A stretch of DNA of 64,000 bases from Catajapyx aquilonaris (taxonomy: Eukaryota). Under the pieces are notes generated by a model, which did not search any database, was not told where the DNA came from, and saw only the letters and a program-made list of their open reading frames with translations. The translations under genes and the position numbers were made by a program. The stretch is taken from NCBI GenBank assembly GCA_000934665.2, contig KZ537979.1, forward strand, positions 62,001 through 126,000, read 5' to 3'. Positions 1 through 12,680 of the stretch are shown here, piece by piece. How positions within the stretch are numbered: position 1 is the first letter of the stretch; every line of letters begins with the position of its first letter.

Positions 1-296
1 TCTCCAGACATTTCCGGAGCTCTACGAGCTGCCAAGACGGGGCTCGGACTGCTTCATATCCCCCTGTAATGTGAATCCCCGTCCAGCAACACACATAGGA
101 CGTTTCAAGAAGGTGGGCAGTGATCATCAGTCACGTTTTCCCATCGTTTTCATAGCCATAGAGTATTAGAAATGGAGCCGGGTGAAAGTGACATAAAATG
201 AAGGTGCAACCGGGAGCTGTACAAAGCGGGGTCCAAAGCCGTTCCGGGAGGCAAGCTGCATGCGGCCATAGCAAATGGCGATGAAAGGCACACGGG

Positions 297-338
<42 letters not shown>

Positions 339-1195
339 NNNNNNNNNNNNNNNNNNNNNNNNNNNNNNNNNNNNNNNNNNNNNNNNNNNNNNNNNNNNNN
401 NNNNNNNNNNNNNNNNNNNNNNNNNNNNNNNNNNNNNNNNNNNNNNNNNNNNNNNNNNNNNNNNNNNNNNNNNNNNNNNNNNNNNNNNNNNNNNNNNNNN
501 NNNNNNNNNNNNNNNNNNNNNNNNNNNNNNNNNNNNNNNNNNNNNNNNNNNNNNNNNNNNNNNNNNNNNNNNNNNNNNNNNNNNNNNNNNNNNNNNNNNN
601 NNNNNNNNNNNNNGGGGGGGGGGGGAAGGTGTCATCAGTGCAGAGTGGGGTTGAAAGCTTTTTTACCAGCTGGAGTACAGTGGGGGCATACGTGGAAGAG
701 AACAGTGAAAATATTTTAACTCGGAAGAAGGATTTCTCCGGCTCTTTGGCGCATACCAAGGGAAAATGGCTGGCCGAAGCTCTTTGTAGATATTCTGGTG
801 TGGAAGAGTAGAAAGGGCATCAGGTTGTATAATTAATCGATTCCACGCTTCCAACCTCCAGATGGGATAGAATAGAATCCGGCTGACAGAAAAGTTGCCA
901 CAGCCACGGCGGTGTCGGCAGTTCCTTCTAATGGAACCTGATGTGAAGTGAGCCGTACTGAAGGACTTTTGGCCAAAGTGTTCCCCGATCCAAATTCAAT
1001 GTCTTGCCGAACGCCCGCCAGCGGTTCCAAACTCGACTGTGAGCATACACCTAGTTCGAGCTCAGTTCGACCGATAAGGAGCTTGCCACCATCAAGGGCT
1101 AATGCTATGAACAACAGTCCATTTCTGGCAAAGGTCGGGATTGGTTCCATTCTGCTCATTTTTTTTGCAAACTTTCAGGCCTACTATCTGATAAT
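1..1195 (-). mobile_element. Decayed L1-clade LINE ORF2: RT core and post-RT region, interrupted by the assembly gap
   Basis: Minus-strand motifs in RT order across stops/frameshifts: IPTFARNGLLFIAL (LP..G.I.LIPK), FLSAGF..GWKRGID*LYN (GF..W...I..LY), QPFSLGMRQ (F...RGVRQG), LCTDDT (LYADDT); beyond the gap KRPMCVAGR (LS.AGR). Confidence 0.55.
298..625. other. Assembly gap (N 339-613) flanked by C41 (298-338) and G12 (614-625)
   Basis: Directly visible in the sequence. Confidence 0.99.
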
Positions 1196-1769
1196 TTAGC
1201 TATTTAGTTCATGTTCACTGCAGAGAAGAGAAACAAGTATATTTTTTGGACGCAAGCAACAAAATGTTTCAACTATACTGTCAAAAGCCCCTAGTGATTG
1301 TTTTGTACATATTAAAAGTTTGAAGAGCGAAAAGGTTTTGCCCTGTGTAGACTTGCAAAAATGCGTATGCTGAATGAGCAGAACGAGCCGACCAACCGGG
1401 GGGGTGGTGTCATTAGCAGGATTCCCATATAGGTACAGTACATAGCTGTGTGTAACTCTTGCCTTTTGCTGGTGTGCCCGCGAGATTCCCGGGACTCCAT
1501 CTCCTGTCATTTCCACAGCGGTTACCCAACTGTAGCGTACAAGTTTACCTGCAACGGGGGCCAGCTTCATATAAAACCGCGTGGCTTTGTTGGTGGAGGG
1601 CACTTTCAATCATCCAGGTGGATTTGACTTTCCATTACGGGATTTCACCGATGATATCGTTAGTTGGAGGCTATGTTTCTGGGAGGCACGTAATGGGGCT
1701 GTCGCTTTACACACATTTTCTGCATATACATATTTTTTATACCCTTGTCCCTCTGATCAACTCGATATA

Positions 1770-2150
1770 ATCCGGTCGACAAATTCAAAGTGAAACAGCG
1801 AACCAGCAGAGAGACGCAATCCAGCCACAGTCAACCACACCGCAGGTAGTGTGTGCACCGTGAAACTATGGCAACAACCCCTAATCCAACCATCGCCATT
1901 TTGACTTCCCTTGCTGTGCACCGCTTGGGGAAACACATTCAACGCATTTCTTGCCCAGACACAACGTCAAACACGAAGGCCTATACAGTATAACATATAG
2001 AGTATCGGGAAATTCCCGGTACTGTGTACTGCTCCGGGTGACTAGGATGGCATGCACCGTTTGGTGACGCAGGACATAGCCATGATTATGCTGAAATCCC
2101 GATGTGTTCAAATCCCACCACGCAGCTTCCGATCGGATTATTGCTGTCCC
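1770..2150 (-). mobile_element. L1 ORF2 post-RT relic
   Basis: ORF 1881..2159: AAWWDLNTSGF..VLRHQTVHAI (W..+.LSF.GR..++KH+L.+IP), GKKCVECVSPSGAQQGKSK (CR.F+WG...GK.K), then TCGVVD (GG+G++D). Confidence 0.55.
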
Positions 2151-2739
2151 AGCTGTCAAATCTTATCAGATGAGCTTGTTTCACGAAATAGAAAAGTATA
2201 GAGAGCGGGATTAGCTGGAAACTTTAATTATGGAGTTGGTTTTGACTGGCTCGCGTTGGATTAATTACACTAAACCGTGGACGTGACAATGGGAATACCG
2301 GCAACAAACAACGCGTGTGGAAATGAGAATCTACACACGGTGCGTTTCCGAAACCACAGGGTTTAAAAATACAACCCAGTACGAAGGGTTGGGGTGTCAT
2401 ACTCTTGCATCTTCGTCTGCTCCAGAGGGATTACTAATGCAAGCCGGTTTAGTTCGCAAAAGTTTGGTATCTGCTTGTTAAAATTTCATTACTCGACTTG
2501 CCATGGGAATACCCCCAACTCGCTCCAAAATTCGTTGTTCAATACCAGGCGTTGCACGCAAAAATAAATACACCCTCCAAGCACTTGCACCAAGAGGGTA
2601 CTTGAACCCTGAGATATCGAGAGTGACCCACTCAGAGATAAGCACACCATTTACAAGTAGCTGGATTCAGACTTGCAGGGAGGTTACACGACAAGTAGTA
2701 CCGTCGATATAATGGCAACTCGCGCGCTAACAACAAGGA

Positions 2740-3110
2740 AGGAAGGCGGAGCAGGCAGTAGTCCTTTAGGGAATTTTAGGAGGTGAGAGCCCAAGCACTT
2801 GCACGATTTATAGCTGGCCAGCCTTGCAGTTGACAAGCAAGACCCGTGGGGACCGCCATTTTCAAGCTGCCTCCGTCCCACTTGCCAAACTGTCACTGGA
2901 TGACGCAAAATTGCGCCAAGTCCAACTCCGGCCTAACTTGTGCACTTTCGCAATCTAAAGCGTCTCGGACGGGGACAGCCTGGCCTGCGAGCAAACGGAT
3001 AGCCTATGTTTTATGAACTTACTTGGGGATGAATGGCCATCGACACTATAACAAATAACTTAGTTGCACCAACCTAGCCCAATTGAGTACCGGTATCTCA
3101 TTACTAAATT
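2740..3110 (-). mobile_element. L1 ORF2 post-RT relic
   Basis: Motifs FIKHRL, KVHKLGRSWTW (++L.R.F+W) and VTVWQVGRRQLENGG (V+W..+...K..GG) in the expected order. Confidence 0.4.
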
Positions 3111-3299
3111 TCGGCACAAAATTATTGGAGAATCTATAGAAAAGGCTGGATCACCACAGTCGACCTGACACGATTCAAACTTTGAACCAAGTGCGGCAAA
3201 AACGCCCAATATGAAATTACCTTCCTACTTCCCCCTCCAGCATCCTCCCCTATTTTGGTGGTGGGGGGGGGGGTGTTCGGTAGCCGAGGTTCATCACAT

Positions 3300-3690
3300 C
3301 AGAAACAAGTCGAGTGAAATATCAGGTGGCTTCCGCCTGGCTTGGGCCTCAGAAAAAACCAGGAGTGCAAGGACGACGAAGCAGGGGGAGGGGGGGGGGA
3401 GGGCTTTGCCTGCAAAACTGTTTGTCGGGATGTTGCTGGCAAGGCGGGGATTTCTCTGTGCCGAGGTGCAAAAGAGACGGATGGGAGACACGTCGGATGC
3501 TTGAGAGGAACGGAAGAATTCCTCCAACACTATTTGCATGGGAATGGGTGGGTGGATGCCTCTTGGGAGATTCAGATTTGCCGGTCAGGAAATGCGGGAG
3601 CGAGCAAGGTCGCGCGGATTCGCATGGTGTCGCGTTGGGTCGCATGGCGCCAAGTCACGCTTCGGGTTGCCACGTGGCAGAAAGATTCAG
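3300..3690 (+). mobile_element. Probable L1 ORF2 post-RT relic
   Basis: RLAWA...KQGEGGG...MLLAR (VAW..K.EGGLG..ALLA+), followed by RMVSRWVAWRQ. Confidence 0.35.
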
Positions 3691-4479
3691 TGGTGCCCCG
3701 GTTAAAGGTCGGCTTCTTATCGATTGTGCCCATCTTACAAGATTCTGCAAAAATCTGATGTTAATAATAGCCTATAGCTTCAGAAGTCCTGGGAGAAGCC
3801 GATAAAAGTGCGGCCAGGTACAAGAGAACAAACGCGGGACTGAGAGGGGCCAAGGGACACATTCCGAATCCTGAAATCGAGACAGTTACAAAGTGGTAGT
3901 GCTATTAACCTACTTCCTAGTGCACGCGTAGATCCGCATCCTGCTGATGGCTACTGAGTGTGAGTGTTGCTTATGAAATGCTAGAGAGATTAACTGCGTG
4001 GTCATGTATGCTGTCACAAATCAGGAACCGGAATGTTTAAATTATCACTTTTGGTACAGTGCAACAGTTGAGCGGCCACGAATAGGCCATATTGTCAACG
4101 CAACTATAAAATATGTCGCAGTCAAAGTCGAATCCATTCGGCTGTAACATTCAATCCGAGTTATATCGTTTTTTTCGAGTCAATGCAATGGTTGGGGTAG
4201 CAATCTTTATATGGAAAGTTTTAAAATCGATGAAACGTTCACATAACTTTTGCCTAAAACGTATATTGCAGGTTGGGCTACATACTCCTTGCCTGCTTTC
4301 AGAATTGTTGTTATGTGCGTATCTAAGTAATGATAGTGCTCGATTAGTTGCTTAGCATCTGCAAAGCACAAAGTGCCCCAAGACCTACAGCCTGTGCGAC
4401 TAGTGTATAACAATATGTCCGCCCATACCACGCATTTCACAATGCAATGTGCTCGTGAAATATCGCCCCATTCCTCCTA

Positions 4480-4690
4480 CTCACAGGACTTGGCACCCTC
4501 TGCCTCTTTCTATTCCGGAAATGAAAAAGCAAAGGTGGAGAAGAGATTCACAGTCAAAAATGTAGGCTACCACATTCCAACATTTTTTCCCCTTTAGAGT
4601 CTGAACAACATATAACGAGAGCAGGACCTTTGCAGTTGCGAAATGTGACCAAGTTTCAATGCACCGATATTCTTCTACATATGTCATGGT
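4480..4690 (+). mobile_element. Probable L1 ORF1 (DUF4283-like) relic
   Basis: NIFSPLESEQHITRAGPLQLRN resembles F.S.E+...+L..GP+.+.. Confidence 0.35.
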
Positions 4691-4740
4691 AATTATTCTC
4701 TCTTACAGCACGTAAAGAAGTTAATGGTCAAATACCTTCG

Positions 4741-4797
4741 ATTATCTTCAAACTGGTTTATTTTGGACTTAGTGGATTTCTCTTGTATGCACACAAT
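4741..4797 (-). mobile_element. Solo end of a TIR element of the same family as 11068-11284
   Basis: 4769-4797 matches 11254-11282 at 27/29 nt; 4741-4770 is the reverse complement, with small indels, of 11086-11113. Confidence 0.7.
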
Positions 4798-5769
4798 GTC
4801 ATGTCAATAAGACTGAAATTGTGACATTATGCGTGTCATATTTTGCTGGCACCAATCAACTTGCGGTCGTAACTATTGCCCCTGCGATTCCGTGAAAAGG
4901 CAAGGTGCGTGCAAGAATGCAGCAGCAAAAAAGTGGCAAATATTAATTTACTCTGAACAAATGGCCTGTTATAAACCCAGCGGGTGACCAATTAATAAAT
5001 GCATGACGCTTCAAAAGGCAACCCTATCGATATAGATAAAGCTAAATAAACTCATTACCTTCAAAAAATCCTACCCCATGAAATACCTGGACTGCTGTAG
5101 GTACAGTATAATTATTGTGCACTAAATAATAAATACACGCGGTGTCCAACCAGAAATGCAGCCAGGTTTGAAGCGACAGGTCGCCGAAAGCGATAAATTA
5201 TTCATGCCAACTACGTAAGGTATGAATGCATAGGATTTATCTTCATGTATCCTTGACGCTTTGCATCCTGGACTGGACATATGCAAGTTATGAAAGGTAG
5301 CGTGAGCAATTTATAAGTTTCAGCCACCCGCCAATTAAAACCCCTTTTTTGCTCACCCTGTATACAAACCAATTTTTTTAATCCTAAACGAACATAGGTC
5401 ACACTGCTGATAACTAGGATAATATCAACTCCGGCCATCAATAATATGCATTAAAAACGCAGTCACGTATCAGAGAAGCGTAAAACTACTAGTTATAAAT
5501 GAGTCTCCCATTGCCAGAAATAGATGTTCAGTCCCTTTGGCCCTTTTCAGCCGACATGAAATGCTATTTTATGCCCCCATTGAAATTGGGTGGCATGTGT
5601 ACTGTACTTTTCATGAGCGCACATTGTTCAGGCATGACATCGGAATGCGGTCAGATATAATAGGTACAGCATGCTGCTGACATCGACTGACTTATGCACT
5701 TCTGGCCACCTCAGGTAGTCTGAATATTTTATCCCCATACTTATTGATTCAGCAATTTTTCAAGCCTGT

Positions 5770-6310
5770 CCTAATGAATTATCAAGTGGTCATGTTAACC
5801 AGATCGGTGATTGTGCACAAGTTCTGGTTAATTATTCTACCTAACCGAGCTGCAATGCTTAGTCTGAACCCAGCCTCACCGCCAGGTGTGAAGTGGGCCA
5901 AAGTCTCTGGTGCGACAAACACGAGCAATATTGCAGGAGTGGTAGTCGAGACGGGCAGAAAGATATTGTTGCTGGCTGCCGGCCTAATAATCCCCACCGG
6001 CATAGATCTGCAACTAGGCTCGGCCTAGTTCTAGTAGGTAGCAGCGTCGCTCTGCCAGAGCAGCTCAGGCTATTTTGGCAGGGCTATGGGGTTGGGTTGG
6101 GGGGGGGGCAGGGAGGGGTAGACAGGCAGGCAGGGAAACTCTCCCGTGTGCAGCCCCAGTCGGCTTGCAATTTTCAAATCGAAGAGAGTGAAACATTTAC
6201 AAAGCATCTTGGTGGAGCTGCCCCGTGCAGGCGCCGCCTCCCGCAGGGCCTAGCCCTAATTGAGCTACGCTCACAGGAAGAGCCCAACACAGCCTTCCGC
6301 TCCTAACTTT
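5770..6310 (-). mobile_element. L1 ORF2 AP-endonuclease relic
   Basis: In order: GCVGLFL (GGVA+L+), PELLWQ (R..LW), IYAGGDY* (++GGDFN), HFT..GFRLSIAARLGR (FT...SRLDR), VHNHRSG*HDHL (SDH). Confidence 0.6.
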
Positions 6311-6399
6311 TGCTCCCCTGCCCCCATAAAACAAACCCTTTTTTGGGTTTCACTTTTTCCACCACTCTGCTTTTTTTTTACCACTCTCTCTATGCTGGA

Positions 6400-6580
6400 G
6401 GGACAATCCAGTCACTTCTTCAGACATTGGGACAATCACTGAATTCTTCAGACATGGGACAATCACTTTCTTCAGACATTGGGGCAATCACTGACTTCTT
6501 CAGACATATGAGCCTTGCGACAATCCACTGTCACTTACAATACTTTCAAAGAACGGTTGGTCAATCCAGTGTCACTTACT
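6400..6580. repeat. Degenerate minisatellite, unit ~25-29 bp (GGGACAATCACTGACTTCTTCAGACAT[T]) x4 plus two partial variants
   Basis: Four adjacent units at 6400-6507; related CAATCCA(C/G)TGTCACTT copies at ~6521 and ~6562. Confidence 0.9.
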
Positions 6581-7110
6581 ACAATTCGGTGACTCCAAGG
6601 GATGTCCAGGCACCAGGAGGTTGAACATGACTGAGGAACTTTTGGGTGACGGTGGGGTGGGGGGCCGCCATTTGGCTAGAGAGGGTGGGATTCCCGGGGT
6701 GAACAACTTCGGGGTGGCTCCCAATGCATGACACTAAAAATAGGGCCTTGTCTCACTTACCAGAGAGCTGAACACACGGCGCCGGCTCCAACCACGCACA
6801 CGGCGCTTCCGTTTCACTGCACCCAAAAACTTTGGCCGTTTGCCCCCTTCTTGCGCATAGGGTTTAAGCCTTGTTCATACCATGTGGAAGGGTTCAAATA
6901 TTGGCTCTTTGAGCAACAGGCAGTGGTACCAGTACGCACAAGACACGATCCTCCGACTGCCTCCCCCGCGGGCGGCCGCACGGGGAGGAGTCTGCCCTGC
7001 ATCTGGCCTCTTGCCTCCGGTTCCCGACCCTTCCCTACACCAGCCTCGCCCCCAACTCCTTTCCAGACGCGCCACTCTTCTTTCCCCACCCCTAACCCAC
7101 ATCTAAACCA
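6580..7110 (-). mobile_element. Probable L1 ORF1 relic directly upstream of the APE relic at 5770-6310
   Basis: TWYEQGLNPMRKKG..SFWVQ (W...FNP....P+WV+); same strand and correct order relative to the APE. Confidence 0.4.
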
Positions 7111-7779
7111 CACTTCCTGTCGGAAAAAAGGAGCATGTGATCTCTATACATATGCGTAGTAATCTGAGATACACACTCCCTCTCTGGGATGCGAATATCC
7201 ATTTCGGAGCCTCCCTTCTGCTCAACGTCTCTATGTGGACGTAACTCGACTTAGAACGAAAAAAATGCAATTAAAATGTGGAAGACACCAACTCTCCGGC
7301 GAATATATGAATGCAAATGCGGAGGGAAAAGTTTCACTAAATGAAATTTCCCATGTGCCGTGGTTCGTGACTCACACTCGTATTTTTAGTGCGTCTGCGT
7401 TTCCTCAGATGTAACTTGTGTAGGGACTACAAATGCGGTTATTTTAGTTAGTTCCTACAAAATAAAGTTAGAACTTATGAATGGCAGTCGGATATTCTAA
7501 ACTTTTGGGGCGGAGCGGGGGACGAAAGGTAATAAGGCTGCGCTCCTTTTAAGACGTCCTTTGGATTAATTCCAAGTTGTTTGGCTAATTAATGAGCTGC
7601 TTTCCCTCCCCCACCACTAGGACATGCAGTAACAGTTGTAAATTATTCAGCCGACGTAGTGCATATATTTGACATCGGTACTTTTTTTTGTAAGGCACAA
7701 ATTTGGTCACTGTACTATCCTATATAGTCGGGGTCACACTGCACTGCAGTGAACACTGAGCAAATTCCGTCAGGATTAA

Positions 7780-8060
7780 CTAAAAATATCTTGTGTGAGC
7801 AAAGTTGATACAACTCGACTATAATTTTGTTTTACTCGGCCCCGTTCAGTGCCGCCTTCTTCTATGAAAATCAGTATAGGCTTTTCTGGGGCTTTCTCCC
7901 ACCGCAAATGCTCTTTGGGCCGCGGATTAAAACCCATTCCATACAATACTGTAAATATACCATTCCGCTTACCAAGCTCCACGCGCCGTCGCCCCCTCTT
8001 AACACCACTTTTTCTTCATCAGTAAGCATAGAAAAAGCCGTCATGTTATACCTTGTCATT
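7780..8060 (-). mobile_element. L1 ORF1 (DUF4283-like) relic
   Basis: AFSMLTDEEKVVLRGG..WSLVSGMVYL, then after a frameshift GFNPRPKEHLRWEK. Confidence 0.45.
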
Positions 8061-8619
8061 AGGAAAAGTCTGCGCTAGTTCTGCTATAGAAAAAATGCCT
8101 GGTTGTTATGCAACAAGTGGATATTCCGAGTCATGCAATATTCTTTGTGGACATTGCATCGGTGCAATATTTCAAAAGAAAAGATCCACTTAGGTAATGA
8201 GGAGCTACAGTCGCATAATCCGGATAATTTCACTGACAAGCTCCGTTTTGACTATGCGGCTCATCCTACTATCACCTTTGAACCTACATGTGCGTGTGTG
8301 TGTTTGTCGTGTGGAAGGTCGTTGGCATGGCGCAAGAGCCGCACACACACAAAAAAAAGTTTTGCCTCTGTCCCTAGGACTGGCGGCTGACTTGTGCATG
8401 AAAAACGGAAGTAGTCACTTGGCCCGCTGCAGTGAAACATTATTTTGCAACCAAACTTTAACTTCAAGCGGAGTTTATGGCGCAAACGTGAGCGCTACTC
8501 ATATACACAGAAAGCTCGGCCACACATCGTTTGAAGCCCATCCTATGCACTTGACACTCCTATATCCAGAAAGTCGTGCGTGAACCGCATGACCACTTGA
8601 CCTGTCAGGTGACATGTTC

Positions 8620-9260
8620 CTACGACATCATCAGTCGTCTCTGCCACCTGGCGGAAATTCAGCCCAAGCCCAGAAATGGATCATTGTCCCGTCCTCGGCT
8701 TGTCAAATCTTCCGTCGCGAGGACATTCGTTCACCGCAAATAGAAGCTACCTTTTATACGCATTCATCCGATAGCGTCGGTAAGCTTTCAGAAGCTTTCA
8801 GGATTCTATCTGTCATCTCTGCCACATTTCCCGCCAAGCAGCTGCTGCCCCGATGTTCTTAAATGCTCCATCGGCTGTACGGGCCACGTCTACCTGATTC
8901 TTGATCGCGGGTTTGATCCTGAACTCTGAAAAGCCAGTCTTGATCCGGCAGCTACTGTCAGAGAGATATCTCAAGACGTAACCCAACCACCTAACCGGAT
9001 ACATGACACAAGGTCATAACTTGAAAACACGCTTATAGAGGCATTATTAGCGAGGGGTTATTGAGGCTAGCTCCCACGACCGCTCGTAAAGGGACTGCAA
9101 TGGATTCATCACGGCGAATTGGACGGGAAGGACATACCGCTTGCGACTGCTTGCCTCCATAAAGGTTGGTAATTCCGAATCGACCTCGCGGAATGGTGGG
9201 TAGAGGTAGATAGGCTCCGTTTATGATGTTGTGCATGTGGAAACTAAAACGTACCATACT
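8620..9260 (-). mobile_element. L1 ORF2 APE-RT linker relic
   Basis: RYLSDSSCRIKTGFSEFRIKPAIKNQVDVARTADG resembles W+..GD..++YFF..+K.+.....I..L...DG. Confidence 0.4.
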
Positions 9261-9879
9261 GCAAACCAAACGTCATTAGCACTTCGTCAGATTTCATGTG
9301 TTAGGTCGGATGCAACACACACACATCTACTGTATAGTCAAGTTGTAGGTTTAGCCCCAGTATTTTGTGGCAGAGAACCGGCTTACAGGTGCCATGACTA
9401 GCGAATTTGCAAGAGATAAACAGAGCCTAGCCCGCACAAACCACGTCCTGTGCGGAGTCTGGCTACTTAATTATTATTAGGTCGGTCTAGGTCCTTCCGT
9501 TTGGAATCACAACCGCAACGTCTGAGGTTGTGTTTCGTGCAGAAATTTCCACATGCAACACAACAGACGCCGGAAGTTATCATGTGGCCCTAGGGCGACT
9601 CACTCATTTTTACCTCAGCATATACTAATCAGCCGTTTAGTCTGAAGGTGGCCAACATGCTGAACAAAGCAGACGGCATTAGAAACTTTACTCAAATAAT
9701 CAATTCCGATCAGAAACGGAGGCGGCAGTTTATGCACCCCTCTCAGATTCTCCGATAGATTGTGTAAGTTTCTATTTTTTTTTTCTCTTTCTCTCTCTTC
9801 TTCTTCTGTTCCTCTCCGATGTTGGAAGTCTAGTAGATTGTCTGCTTAGGGCTAGTTCCTAAAGTGGGGGTGGCTGCCT

Positions 9880-10110
9880 GCCTAGTTGAGCGCCTTCCCA
9901 ACACCCTGCTCCTCCACCTCCCGCCATCCATGCTCACCAATTTACAAGCCCCTTGGCATTTGGAAAGCTCTGCGGTCGTTATCTGCTACGGATTCCAAAT
10001 TCAGCAAAATTCCCCTCGATTTTCTGAGGTGGGAAATCCTAGAATACCAATTTGCTAGGCTGGCTGTCTGCTTTCGCTGCCTGCTGGAAATACACAACAT
10101 TGGCTCTAAT
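9880..10110 (+). mobile_element. L1 ORF1 zinc-knuckle relic
   Basis: LEYQFARLAVCFRCLLEIHN resembles Y..LP..CF.C...GH. Confidence 0.45.
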
Positions 10111-11067
10111 GGCAATTCCCATTCAATCGTGTGCTAAGTGCGATTTATTAAGTTTCTAGCGATAAAGAGGCGGGGTGCAGGATTTATAGCTGGGCTCGTA
10201 CAATGTTCTGCATAACTTTCTGAAGGTTGGGTAGACGTGATAATAATGACTATTACAAGGCTGAGTACTATACAAAAGCAAAATATTCCGGCTGCTCTAG
10301 GGTTAATTGCGACTCATCCAATATAATTGAATCGCACTGTCAAGGCGTACTCGCTAAATAAACGCGCCGCATTCATATGTCATGCTGGAAGGAAAATGCA
10401 GGCAGCACTTTTTCTACCTTGTGCAACACCAGGTTGCAACAAATTTGCACCAAAATTTCCTGAAAGAAAGGTGTGAAATTTCCATGCACGAAAGTGATCA
10501 GCCGATCATCATGACAGGTCCGATGTAATCTTCGTCGTGATGCGTCACATGAAACAAATTTTTGCGGCAGAATAACCTCCCCTTTACGGATGATCGAAAA
10601 TGAGCGGTGACAAGAGATGGGGTGGGATGTTGCTGGGGGTGGGAGCAGAGTGGGGAATGGGGTAGGAGGAGATGGGGAGGGAGGGAGGGGCCAGGGAAGA
10701 GAAATAACGCGATTTTCCGCTCGCCTACCTTCGCAGCTCTACAAAGGCCTTCCTGGGAACTTGCCACCCGTCGGCATACAACCCCGGGGAAATCAGACCT
10801 GCAACAGATAAAAAGCAAATGTCAACATTACCAACTCATAATAAAAGCACATTTTTCATGGCAAGGCAAGTGAAAGGGGGGGAATTCTGTCCTGATTCAG
10901 TCTGCTCATTCTTTTCCTCCCAGTTGTGAGTAAACGGACTCTGTGTTTGTGTAAAAAGGAAACGGTACTTTTGCGAATCTAGTGGCGGATTATTTAGAGA
11001 GAAAGAGGGCGACAGAGAGAATAAATAAGCCAGAATTCTACTGGTGAAAATATTTCCGGGTGAAAAT

Positions 11068-11284
11068 ATGTTGTGGGCATACAGTAAGTCCAAAAAACCT
11101 GTTTTGAAATAATCCTTGCACTTGTTTACATACAGAAAATCCTTTCTTTCTGGCTCATTATGAATCGTTAGGACTAAAAATGGACTTCTCCAGGCGATAT
11201 AGCATCAAAAGGCTACTTAATAGTGTAAGAACTTCCGAAAGCGGACTTACTTGTTAGTGGATTTCTCCTGTATGCCCACAATAT
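11068..11284. mobile_element. ~217-bp non-autonomous TIR element (MITE-like), superfamily unassigned
   Basis: 11068-11084 and 11268-11284 are inverted repeats (16/17); inner GTAAGTCC (11084-11091) pairs with GGACTTAC (11243-11250); a second copy of one end lies at 4741-4797. Confidence 0.65.
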
Positions 11285-11959
11285 TAGCTATCAAGTTCTA
11301 TTAAAATAAAACCGATTTCGCATCGTCTCTATTGTACCCAGACACAATGAGGCATACAGTGCATGCAACATAGTTAGTAGTAATGTTGTCTAAATTCATG
11401 ATGAAAAATTTATCGTGTAACGCTCTATGCGCCCGTTATTTTATTCATAGGATATAAATAAATAATCAGCTGCATTCATTCATACACAATTACTGCTTCC
11501 TGTATGCTACGAGGATCTTTGTTGTATGCGTTTTTACTATTTATTAGCTGAAATTAGCGGGGCCATTTCTGTGTGATGCTTTCAACATTTAGGCGGACTA
11601 TGTGCAGGAATTACTGGTTATTGTCCAAAACCTCAATGGTCCAGGCGACATAAATTAAAGTCGACTAAGACGAACTTTACGTTCGGGAACAATTTAAATA
11701 TTTAATAGTTCGCCTTAGTGCGCCCGAATAAACCACCTTCCATCACATTGCGGTTACTCTAGTAGACACGCCTTCCTCCGCAATGACACACTGATATAGG
11801 TCTATTCGGACGCGAATAAAATGTTAAACCACGAGCATGTAAACTTCCCTCTTTTCGACATGATTTAAAGTTCCGTCTCTCGTAAAAATTTACGAACGTA
11901 GGTGACAACGCCATAAAAATTAACTCGGTGGAAACTAGCGCATTTTGCTCCACCCTCCT

Positions 11960-12230
11960 TTCTGGTGGGAGCAAATTGCAACACTGGCAATCTCACCCAA
12001 AATATTCTGTTACTCACACGTGGCCAATTAGGCAAGTTTTTTTGTCCATCTCCCTCGGATGGACTCCCCAGACGCATTTCCCGTGGTCTGCCATTGCCAC
12101 AGTACAATGCTACATTCTCAACTATTTTTTACCCCAGCACCATTCGCAGTGTTCCAAGCATCCGGCGATGCCCCTTCCTTCCTCCCACGTGCACCATTCA
12201 CAACAATGGAGGCGAAACATAATTATGAGC
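11960..12230 (+). mobile_element. L1 ORF2 post-RT relic
   Basis: SKLQHWQSH (KL..W), GWTPQ...VQCYILNYF (W.P.....++.L+RN++W), TIHNNGG. Confidence 0.4.
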
Positions 12231-12249
12231 GTCTGTCCAGAGGGCACTG

Positions 12250-12680
12250 GGGCTGGAAAAGGTTCATCCTGACAGTACAGCAACCCATGAAGCTCTCTTG
12301 TGTCGCGGTTGGTGCATGTCGCAGGGGCACATCCCTGATCCGACCGCGTCTATAGGATATTTGCTCAGCGAGAGTTGGGCTGAACTTACTCCATTGTCCG
12401 GAAGAGGCTGCTAGCACACGCACTCTACTCCCAGATTCTCCAAGAGACGAGAGAGAGGATGGAGGTTGGTGGTTCACGAACTTAAAGCCATCTCCCTAAT
12501 GACATTTTGCTTATCTCGGGAGACGCACAAGTGACTGAATTTCGGGACCGTTAACTTTGCATGCTGTAAGTGAACGAAGGTCGTTCCGGAAGCATGGGCG
12601 CCTGGCGGAAACTCCAAAAGCTACAGGATGAAGTAGTTTTAGGCCCATCCTGGTACAAGATTTCCGCCAGCATCAAGAGC
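12250..12680 (-). mobile_element. L1 reverse-transcriptase relic
   Basis: LLHPVAFGVSARRPCFRNDL (I+.P.Q.GF+.GR.I..N+), QSLVRL..*AK (LDF.KA), SRVRV..SGQWS (V.VNG..S), RRG/DQGCAP (RGVRQGCPL). Confidence 0.55.

Noticed and set aside
150..811. Poly-Pro/Gly/X ORFs
   Set aside because: Artefacts of the N gap and flanking homopolymers.
3668..3679. Perfect G-box palindrome TGCCACGTGGCA
   Set aside because: Isolated, inside a probable LINE relic, with no supporting promoter context.
6400..6580. CRISPR-like array (also considered for 22967-23070)
   Set aside because: Units are contiguous with no unique spacers, no cas genes are present, and the context is eukaryotic.
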